DNA from: Pelomyxa schiedti
Lineage: Eukaryota; Protista; Evosea
Direction of reading: 5' to 3'
Assembly (NCBI GenBank): GCA_020536535.1
Contig: JAHLWZ010000753.1
Span: forward strand, 1 to 53,673
DNA length: 53,673 bases
The number at the start of each line of letters is the position of its first letter. Within the stretch, counting starts at the first letter, position 1. Of the stretch, positions 11,201 through 21,941 are shown one piece after another. The notes below the pieces were generated by a model. That model was not told the DNA's origin. It was given only the letters and a program-made list of their open reading frames with translations, and did no database searches. A program made the position numbers and the translations under genes.

Positions 11201-14200
11201 ACAGAACTGTCATGAATGGGGTCGCATCAGAGCAAGAGCGGCCAAGTGAACACAATTCTCCAAAGGAAGCAGACGAAATAACATGTGTGTGGGTACCTGC
11301 TGCATACGTGCGGTGTTGTGCTCTGGGCCTGTCAAGCGGAAGATCGCACACCTCGGGTGCACCTTCCAACTCTTTCTTCCAGTAAGATAGCTGCACGTCT
11401 TTCAACTCGGGTGACTCTAACAGCGCTCTTTGCCAGAGGGAAAAGTCTGCATACTGGAAGGGAAGTGCTGGCAGAGGTGACGGCGCCATGGATTTGTCCC
11501 CTGTTGAAAGTGCCAACTCTCTGTTGTAGTTGTAGGAAATTTCTTTTAGGAAAGCAACGTAAGACCACCCATCGACAATGATGTGGTGAGCATTCACAAA
11601 CAAGATGGTCACTTCCTTGGACACTCTGAAAAGAGCCAATCTCAACAGAGGGCCAGTTTGGAGGTTGAAAGGTCTGAGAACCTCCTTTTTGCAACCCTCC
11701 ATGATCCACTCTTCCTTCTTTTGTTGTTCATCGTCTTGAAGGCCAGGGTAAGCAAACTCAGAGATTTCAAACCCTTGCTGGGCCTCTTTGGGTGGCAGAA
11801 TCAGCTGGTGTGGGTCGTCATCTCCGGAAACGACGAACCGTGTCCGAAGGGATTCGTGCCTCTGCACAATGGCGAGCGTTGCTTGTTGGAGAAGAGGAGC
11901 GAGAGGGGCAGACCCTTGCAGCTCGAGAGCGCCCCAAGTGCTGTACTGCACAGAGTTAGGTTCGAGTTGGTCAATGAAGAAGAGCCGCAACTGTGAGTAC
12001 GAAAGTGGAACTTTGGGGGGCCTCTGCATTGCATGTGGAGCTTGAATAGCCACGGCAGTTCTTAATGAGATGTGCTCTGTCATGGTACGAATCGTTCTCC
12101 ACTTGAACAAGTCCTGGATTGTCACCTTCCAGCCTCTCTCATTTGCACAAGCGATAAACTTGATCGCTTTGACCGAATCTCCCCCAGCTTCAAAAAAGTC
12201 TTCATCCAGTGTCTGTGGTGGAGCAGTGATGGCCTCACACCACGACTCGTAGACAACACGTTGCTCTGGTGACAGGAACTCTTTGTTGAGTTGTTGTGGT
12301 TGTTGCACATTTCCTCCCACTGATGATGCTGTCTTTGGTTTGGGACCAACAAAACCTGTCGTGCAGTTGACAATGGATGTTTTCAAGGAAAGCCCAGCGC
12401 AAATCATGTTTGTCAAAGATCCCACTCCTAATGGTCCAAAGTCGAACAGCTTCACCTCGGTGCATCCACCCTTGAGTGAAATTGCAGCCCTGTTGTTGTG
12501 TGTTTCAGGTGACGAAAGGGATGAGTGGGTTCTTACTTGACACAGTCTGGCCAATTGAAAGAAAGCTCCAGGCCATCTCTCACGATACGTGTAAAGATAC
12601 TTATGCTGTCTTCCTAAGTGTATTGCTTAGAGACCAATTTAAAAAATCCAAGTTGAGAAGGCGAACATACTTGAGATAGATCAGTCAACTTGCTTGAGCT
12701 GATCACTGAAGGATTGTTTGGCACTGGAGCCAACACTTTGCCAAAGCCACCAGACTTGAGATTGCGCAGTAATTTATCAGTGGGGCTGTGGGTGTAAAAC
12801 TTATTGTGAAGTGGAAAGACAACAGGTAAGGGCGAAGTCTGATCAGGCAGAGCGGATTTAAGTTTTGCTATGCTTGTTGGGTGTCCTGTGTGCACATCAG
12901 AAAATTATTTTCTCATACTCCAACTAACCAGAGATTTCTGTTAAATCGGGACCCATGTTGATGCAGGCATGAAGTGGAGCATTTGGGCATTCAGTGTTGA
13001 TGGATTGGAGTGCCCTCTGAACGACTTCTTCCGGGGCTGTTACTGTGGCAAGGCACGAGTTGGTGAAGACATCTTTCCCCCACTGTCTGATATACTCATC
13101 AATAAATTCAGCAAAGCACAACAGCTGACAAAAAGAAATCAACGCTGAAATGGCTTGCAACTGCTTGAGAGAATCTGGAAGAAAAATGTGGAATCAGACT
13201 TAAAAAAAGGAAGACAGCCACACTGACCTGCTCTGCTCAAGACAACGCATGAGGTCTGCCCTGAAGAATACCCAAGCAAAACGTCAAATGATCTGAGGTA
13301 AGTCATAAATCGATTGTTTCCGTCAAGATCATAATCGTCATTGCCAGTTGACAGTGCGGAAGCAATGAAGCATGCAACGTTGTAGAAAGTACACAGAGAA
13401 GCAAGAAACAAGCAGGAAAGTACTTCATTGCTGGGGCAGCTTGATTCATTCTGCACCCTGGTAAAAAAAGGGAGAAGGTTGAGTGAGATTGTAGTAAAAA
13501 AGATTTGCGAAAGTGAAAATACCATGAATACAAATCAACAGAACCCCCCGATCGGAAAAATTGATCCAGAACTGGGTGTTGGGAGCGGAGTTTGTCAAGT
13601 GTATCACGGTGTATGGCCGCCAACGCGCACAGTGAGGATGATGCTCCATAGAGCCACTTGTCCACCAAGGGGAACATGTTGCACAGCATCCTCAACTTGC
13701 CAATCAACCATGCTCTGATGTCTGGATCGGGGCTGAAACCACCAACTACTGCAATGCGCTTGGTTCTTTGGCACTGAGGTTCACCAAGAGGTTGAGTCAC
13801 AGATGGTGTGGTGGACACTGGAGTATCTTGTGAGGTTGTGACTTCTGGTTTTTGTGAGGGTGCTGTCAGATTTACGGGTTGTGGCTCAGCTGCTGATGAC
13901 ACTTTCGAATGTTCGAGAACGGCTTTTTCCATGGGGGTGCGCTTTGGAATGTTGGGTGGGATGGTGACGGTGGTCCCTTTTGGCTCTTCTTGTTCACCTC
14001 TCAGGGTACTGATTTCCGAGGCCAGCTCCCCAATTGATATGCTGCTCAGTAATTTCAGCGGTGAAATGTTAACACCAAGCTCAGACATTATCCATGTCCG
14101 CAAACTCGTTGCCACAAGGCTCCCGATGCCTTGCGATGCCAATACCATGTCTTCTCCAATGGACTGCTCCTCAATGCCCAGGGTCTTTGCCACACGCGCT

Positions 14201-17200
14201 TTCAGGAGGGAAAATACGGAAATTTCTCCAGCAACTGCCTTGTGTGCATTTTCATCAACGATATGATTTTCAGAAAACCTGGCAAGAGAAAGGGTGGTTT
14301 TGAAGCCCATGCAAAACAGGCTATCGTCAATGGAGAAGAGTGAAACTGGGGAATCCGATTCTTTCCTTGAAAGAATAGCATAAAGGCAATCAAGAGAAAC
14401 TGTTGCAGAAACCTGGCTTATGCCATTGGCAGCAAGTGACACTGCTGGCAAGGGAGATGTGGTCAAAACTCCTGTTTCTCCGATCGCACCCCACTGAACA
14501 GAAAGGGCAGGCAATCCAAGGTGATGCCTGTACTGAACGAATCTGTCCATAAAATAGTTTCCCGCAACGTACGATGTTTGACCATCTATGCCAAGCAGAG
14601 AGGAGATTGAGGAAAACATCACGAAGTGCTTGACTGGATGTGAGAGTGTGGCCTTGTGCAAATGCCATGCACCAATGAGTTTTGGGAAACAAACACGTGT
14701 GAACTTCTCCAAGGTGAGGTTGTAGAGAGAGCAATCCCCATATAAAGTAGCACTGTGGTACACTCCTTCCACTGGTGGCAATTCGGCCTCAATCACCTTG
14801 AACGCTGCGACAACTGAATCAAAGCTGCACACGTCGACGGAGAGGCAGAGAACTTTGCACCCGTGGCATTTCAACCAGTCGATCGAGTGTTTTTCAAAAC
14901 TGGTCTTTGGTCTCCCGTCACGGGATGCAAGGGCAAAGTTCCGTGCACCGTGGTAAAACAACCACTTGGCAACCAAAAATCCAAAGCCATTCAATCCACC
15001 AGAAACGAAGTAAGACGCATTCGCACTGCACAACCAACTGCTGCCATAGGCGCTTGGGAGCAGTTCCAACTTCTCAACTGGTCGTTTCATGGAGATGGAT
15101 ACTGCTCCTCTCTGATCTGGCTCAGAGAGCTGATCCAATGCTTCTTGGATGTGCGCAAGATCATACGATTGTACTGGAATGACGCCAGCCAAGGCCGATA
15201 CAACTTTCACGATTTCAGGGCCAAATTCATCAAATACCATGTCATCTGGAATGCTTGAGAGTTCGACAACTTGAATGGACTGGTTTTCAGTCAGTAGACA
15301 TCTGGGAAGCTGTTGTCCAGGAACGAGTTGAAGGAACCTTCCATTTCTTGCCAGGGTTTGAAGGGACTCGTCAGCAAGCATTCCCCCAAATGCATTCACA
15401 ACAATATCCACACCACGACCGCAAGTTATTTCGTTGATCTTGTCATAAAACTTTGGGTCATTCCCAGCAATGACATTTTCCAATCCAATCACTTCCCTGA
15501 GGTACTGCGCCTCATCCTCAGAAGAGGCTGTGGCCAACAATCGCAGCCCAAGGGACTTGGCAAGGTGAACAACAGCCAGACCCACTCCGCACGAAGCGGA
15601 ATGAACCAAAATACACTCCCCTTTGCAAGCCCTCGCACAGTGGACAAGCGAGTAAACAGCAGTCCACGCAGGAATCCCCAAAGCGGAAGCTTCTTCCAAC
15701 GAGACATTTGTTGGCTTGGGAAACACCGAATGGCAGTTGCAAATCAGGTGCGAGCACAGAGCTCCCAATCGGGGCATCACGATGACTTCATCCCCAGGCT
15801 TCACGTGAGTGACTGCACTTCCAACACGCTTCACCACACCGGATCCTTCCAATCCAAGCTTCCCATACTTGTGCCATTGCCCTGTGGCCGTTTCCACGTC
15901 GAGCAGTCCCTTGGAGATGAGGAAGTCCTTTGAATTCAAGCCGACGTGCTTCATCTCTGTGCAAACTTCGGTTGGGGCCAGGGCGCAGCCAACATTTATC
16001 CTCACAAAGCGAGGCGGGGACCCGGCGGAATCAAACTGGACCTCCCACCCTTCCTCCACTTGAACTGGTTCGGGTTGCCAATCAAGTCGAGAGATTGATT
16101 CCTTGTAGTCACCGATGTTCACTCGCACGCAGAACCGTCGGTTGTTGCTGATGCAAACTTCGGTTTCGAGTGGATTGTTCCACCCATGGAGTGCTTCTTG
16201 AACGATGTGCGTTTTCCAAGTGCTTTCCTCGTCACAAGGGTCGAGGTCGATCACCTTCAGGTTATGTGCCGTTTCTGTGGTGGCAACTCGGGCCACTCCT
16301 CCCAAAGAGAACAAAGAAACTGCTGGTGTGTGGCAACGAGCCATCCTGGGATCGTAGACTCCCGTTGTCACGATGAGCATCCGGCAGTGCAAATCAACTT
16401 CGCTCAGGGCCGTGGACAAGTAAGCGATACATAACGCACTTTCAACTGAAACTCGTTTGAGTTCTTCGTCAACAGGTTCCGCTTTTGTGTAGTGTTCTGT
16501 GGGCCACGCGTTGACAACCTCACAAGCGGTGGGTTTCCCAATCGATTTTATCAACTGAACCCAATGGTCTTTGTTCAAGGGATCGATGCAAATGGTACTT
16601 CCGTCAGCTGTTGTTTCGTACTTCGGGCTTTGCCTGACAGAGATCGCCTTCTCAAAACGAGATCTCAGGGAGGAAAGGAGAGACTCACAAAATTCATTCC
16701 CACAAGACAGAAAGATCAAAACTCCTTGCTTATTCCTGGCTTCGGCTTCATTCTCATCAGGAGAACTCTCAATTGGCACAGCGAGAGGTAGCTCAATCCA
16801 CTTTTCCATGCCCAGTGATACGTTTGGGATTTTATTTGAAACGGCACTCAGCCTCAGATTCTTGATGGAAATCAGTGGCTTCCCAGTCATATCCATCAAG
16901 ACCGCGTCGCCAATCATGGACTTCTGAGGAACAAAATGTGTTATTTTGGTGTGGCACCAAAACGATGAAAATGTGCGGGCTGCTGTTGTTGGTTTTTGTG
17001 CAAGAAACGATGTGAAGGCGAGTTCGATCCCTTTGGAAGCACCTGTGTCAGAGACAACAGCCGAAAAACCTGAGCTGTGCAAACGCTTGATCCATTCATC
17101 CCTGGGAATGCACACGTGATTCCTGTCTGTTGGGTCGTTTTCCCACCATTGATCAAACAAGCCAAATACGAAGTTGAAGAACACGGACTCTTTGTGGGTT

Positions 17201-20200
17201 GGCTCGGTGAGAAGCAGCACACCACCAGGAGACAGAGCATCGTAAATTCTGGAGAGCACATCTCCCAACACTGGCGCAACATGAACAACAGAAAAAGCTA
17301 TCATCACGTCCACGTCTCGCAGATCCTCGGGGAATGGCTGAGAGATATCAAGTGCACTGCATTGGACGAATGGGAGGGGAGCGAACATCTCTTTGGCTTT
17401 GCTGACGAAGAGGGGCGAGACATCTGTGAATATGTACTCCACCTCGCATCCACGATCGTGGGCTTCTTGGCAAATGGGAAGAAGCTGCCTGGTAGCTCCG
17501 CCAGCGCCCCCGCCGATTTCCAGAATCCTGATTCTCTTTCCACGTTGCAAGAGCTGTCCAAAAACTGGGAGAGACGCTTTGGTGAGGTTGCATGTCACAG
17601 ACTCGTTGTAGAATCTGGAAAGTTTGTCGTCTTCCAAAAGAGAAGTCGAATTGCTGAAAAGGTCGACCAGTTGCCTACCCACAGTGTGGACCAACTCTGC
17701 TTCAATGTTCATCACCTTGAAGGGATACAAAAGCACTTCAGATGTTTGGCTATCCCCATGGAGACTTTGATGCCAACTGATATATTTTCTCTTGCTTCGA
17801 CTCCAATCTGTGGTGCTTGAAGCAATGGCCTGACAGAACTGGGCAGAGTAATGCTTGCACAGCTGCACCAACTGCGCATTTTCTTCAAGAGCCAAATGCA
17901 AGCGCTCCTCCTCAATCACGTTGTGTTCCGGAATGAACCTGCTCTCCTTGAGGTCCACGCAAAAATCTTCTTTGCTTCCTCCCTCCGTTCCAAGTGGAGC
18001 AAGTATCTCAAGATAACCGAGAGACGAGGGAAGGAGAATGCTCAAACCACGAAGGTCGGGGAGACCCAACAGCCCACCGATGATGCACTGAAAGCACGCG
18101 TCCAACACTGCCGGATGAACTGCTGAGTTTTTTGCGACTGAGGCAAGCGCGGCGTTGCTGAATTTAATTTGACCAAGTGCTTCATTGAAGTTGGTGTTTT
18201 CAACAAAAATCCTGGATATTGGAGCAAACAGCGATTTGTAATTCAACCCCATCTCCGCGAAAGACTTGTATATCACTGAGTGCCCTTTCATCAGTTTGCA
18301 TATTGCTTTGAGTGTGTCGATGTTTGTTTCGGGCAAAGCTATTGGTTTGGGTTCGGCTATCAATTCTATTGTGCACGAGGAACGCTTTGAAAGGGTTTTT
18401 TCCTGCTCGGCTTTCGTGTGCACTTCGAATCCCATTTGTTTCGATGTTGGGTGATAGTCTGTGACAACGCATTTGAACTCCACGTACGAGTCGGGGGATA
18501 GCACGACAGGACTGTGAAACATCATTTTTGTCACGGAAACTTGGTTTGTTCTCCAGATCTCCCTGGCAGCCAGTGTTGCCAACTCTGCATAAAATGCACC
18601 GGGAATCACAATGTCCTCTCCAGTGCTTATCCTGTGCTCAGAGAGCCAGGGGTACAGGTTCAGGGCAACCACGTTGCTCCAAGATGGAACCGGGCTATCA
18701 TCACGCAACCCCAAGAGGCTGTGTGTGGCATTCAGCCCACGTTTGTATGTACTGAAGGACTTTGGTTCCATTATCCGAACGGTGTTTTGCCACACCGGCG
18801 CGCTGGGTATCTTGACCCACCTCGACTTGTCCTCTTCCGCGTAAGGAGCGAGTGGGTGCTTGCTGACGTTGTGCCAGTTCAGGCTGGAGATGCCGTTCAC
18901 GTACAGAGTGCCAAGGTTCGACAGCATCGTCAAACGCTCGGGCTTGTTTCGCTCGATGGAGTGCACAATGACCGTCGGGTTCTTTGGCGTTGATGGTGCG
19001 GTGGTCGAAAGGTACACGGAAAGGACTGGGTGGTTGGCAAGCTCCACAAACACGTTGAACTTCTCCTCGAGAGCGCAGAGAACCGAAAGGTAAAACAGGA
19101 CGCTGCACCTCACGTTCTTCCACCAGTATTCTGGCCCTGGCGGTTCCGTCATAAATTTGCCCAACACCGTGGAGATTATCGGGATCTTTGGATGCGGTGC
19201 AGGGTTGAGGCCTTGAAGCTCCTGAATCAGCTGCTCTTTGATCTGGTCTGTTTGGTAACTGTGGAACGCGTTTTGTACGTGCAGGAACCTTGCGAACTTC
19301 CCCTGCGATTTAAGTTTTTGCTCCAAAGAAGCCAGTGTAGCAGGGTCCCCTGCTAAAACAACCGAATCGGCACTGTTTACGGAGGCGATGTCCACCCCAG
19401 TCACGTTGGAGATCAGTTCCGTTGCGTCCGAGAACGACATGCTGATGGCAAGCATCCTCCCTTTCCCGCTCAACGCCTGTTGCAGGCGAGACCTCACGCT
19501 GATGACGAGTACGCCTTCTTCCAACGTCAGGTAGCCGCTCACTACTGCTGCTGCCACTTCTCCGACGCTGTGTCCGACGACGGCATCGGGAACAATTCCC
19601 CAATGCTGCCACACTGCGTTCAAGCCGATCTGGACAGCAAAGATCAACACTTGGGCGTACTGTGTCTGGTTCACGTGCGAGTCCACCTCGGCTTTGTGAA
19701 GTTCCTCTATCACCGACCACCCCATCACTCTTCTCCCAATGCTGTCGACTTGTGTAATCGCGTCCCGAAATATCACGTCTTCAGAGAAGAGCTGTCTTCC
19801 CATTGCGAACCACTGAGGCCCCTGACCAGAAAAAACGAACAATGTCTTGGAGTTCTTCGTTGAGAGAAGTTGAGATGCCCCAACCTTCCATTTTGCATCC
19901 ACTTCTGCTTCAGCTTTGGGATTTTGTATGAAACTGTTCAAGGCGCTAGATATGTCCTGTGAAGTTTGCCCCAGAACTGCGAGGCGCTGGGAATAATGAT
20001 TCGTGCGTTTTCCAGCACTGTAAACGATCTCTGTCCATCCACTTTTGCTCACTGACAGAAAGTCGACCCACCTTTGCGCGGATGCTGCAAGTGCAGCACT
20101 GGTGTGTGCAGACACCGGCAGAAAGTAGAATGGTTTTCCACCAGAAGCCATGTCGGAGGGGATCGGCAGCGATTCTACAACAAGGCCATGATGGACAGGT

Positions 20201-21650
20201 GTTTGATGCTCCTCAACGACCACTGTTGCGTTGCTGCCTCCAAATCCAAATGAATTGGCAACTGCAATCTTCTTGTTTGTGGTGATCTTGCTCCACTGTT
20301 CCCCTTTCCATGAGACAGAAAGGCTTCCAAAGTTGATGTGTGGATCAACAGGTACAACGAGTTGGGGAAAAACTTCATCATGCTAAAAGTGGGTCAATTT
20401 TGGGTTTTTTTTTTTTTATTTTAATGCAAACCTGCATCATCAGAATGATTTTGGTGAGACTTGCCAACCCAGCACACGCCTCAGTGTGACCAATGTTTGC
20501 TTTCACTGAACCTATGAAACAAGGACCTCTTGCTCCCGTAGCTTCCTCACTGAAAACTCTCTTCAGAGAGTCTACCTCAATCGGATCACCCACTGGTGTT
20601 CCAGTGCCATGAGCCTCGACATATGAAACGTTGGCAGGGTCCACTTGTGCCAATGAAAGAGCTTGCTGCAGAACAGAGACTTGACCACTGCACTTAGGTC
20701 GATTAATGAACTGTTTGCTGCCGTCATGGTTGGTGGCTGTGCCAGATATTACACAGTAGATATGATCACCATTGGCAATAGCATCTGGTAAAGGCTACAT
20801 TTTGAAAAAAAACCAAAATAGGAGAGAAGAACACAGTGGGTTGGAAACGTCTTATTAAGTTGAAACATACCTTTAAAAAGAACGCAGAGGTGCCTTCGGC
20901 CCTGACATATCCATCCGCGTTGGAACCAAATGTGTGGCACTTGCCTGAGGAACTTGTCATTCCTGCTCGAGAAACAGAAAGCGAAAACTGTGGCAGCAGC
21001 ACTAAGTTCGAAGCAGCAACCAACGCCGAGGCACAGTCTCCGGCCCTGAGGCTCGAGCACGCAAAATGCAAAGCGACGAGGGAGCCACTGCAGGCAGTGT
21101 CGACGGTTACACTCGGTCCCTTGAAATCAAAAAACCACGAGAGACGGTTGCACAGCATGGACAGAGCCACTCCGTTGGCAGTGTAAGGAGACACGTCGGG
21201 CTCCGTCATAAGTGCGATGTTTTGCCAATCGATTCCGAAGCTGGCAACGAAAACGCCGGTCGAGTTGTCACTCCCGCCGTGAGGAAGGAGGTCTCGGTCG
21301 GCCACGCTCGTTGGGAATGTCTCGCCGGCGTCAGCCAAAGCTTCGCAAGAGACTTGCAGAAGTTGGTGCTGCAAGGGGCCAAGGAATGAGGCCTCGCGAG
21401 GCAGTAAACCGAAGAACGCGGCGTCACAGTGAGTGGCAGGATCACTAGTGCCCGCGAATGGTGTTTTAATCTTGCCGAGAGCACAGTGGACTTCTGTATT
21501 GAACCTGTGAGATGGAACTTTTTGGATGGCGTCGGAACAGGTGTGCAAGAGGTCATAGAAGTCGTCTATGTTTTTCGCAGTGGGAAATCTGCAACTTGTG
21601 CCCGTGACTGCAACCAAGAACCTCTCCGTGCTGCTGGAGTGTCGGCTCAT
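5262..21650 (-). CDS. Hybrid PKS-NRPS megasynthase, ~5,332 aa: KS-AT-DH(cMT)-psiKR-ER-KR-ACP-AT(SAT/FAS-like)-T-C-A-T-C-A-T, C-terminal SKL
   Basis: Exons 21650-20871, 20794-20432, 20382-13523, 13457-13228, 13174-12929, 12885-12671, 12613-12537 and 12489-5262 (sum 15,999 nt); all introns GT..AG and phase-compatible. Motifs: KS DTACSGS / EAHGTGT / NIGHTE / NSFGFGG; AT GHSVG, NAFHS; DH EHRISTGEDIVIP, LDACFQ; MT LEIGGGAGG; ER HSASCGVG; KR SGGLNGFG, GQTSYVAGN; ACP GIGSL; second AT GYSSG; T GGDS, GGNS, GGNS; C HHIIVDG, HHIVSDG; A TSGSTGKPK, YGPSE, YRTGD, QVKLRGLRIELGEIE. Confidence 0.9.
5737..7156. repeat. Intragenic duplication copy (A-core of NRPS module 2)
   Basis: Matches 9154-10573 at offset 3417. 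No mismatch seen, and the alternative-frame ORFs are identical in both copies. Confidence 0.95.
9154..10573. repeat. Intragenic duplication copy (A-core of NRPS module 1)
   Basis: Matches 5737-7156. Confidence 0.95.
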
Positions 21651-21941
21651 CTTTGTTCCCTGTGTACTTTCTTCTTAAAATTCTTCTTTGTCCAATGTGC
21701 TTAAGCACCCTTTTCAGGTTTTAGGAGAATGTTATGAGTGCTCTGATATCAGCCAGGAATAGCGAAGTTGTTCATCATTGAAAAGCATCAAGAAGGGTGG
21801 GAAATTTCATTCCTTGCGTATGAATCCACAGTTGTTTGTCACCAGCATTCCAAGAATTACGTCAAAAGTAATACACATTGGACACCCTTTTTTTATCCTC
21901 TTTGTTTTTCCTCCCATTTTACACCACCACCGGCCAACCAA
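21651..21941. promoter_or_regulatory. Putative bidirectional promoter between the two PKS genes
   Basis: 291-bp AT-richer spacer between divergent ATGs at 21650 (-) and 21942 (+). Positional inference only. Confidence 0.45.

Noticed and set aside
13303-13522. ORF-track C-terminus of the 2306-aa PKS ORF and N-terminus (12554) of the NRPS ORF as real protein ends
   Set aside because: Both are read-through into introns; splicing restores a continuous acyltransferase-like sequence.
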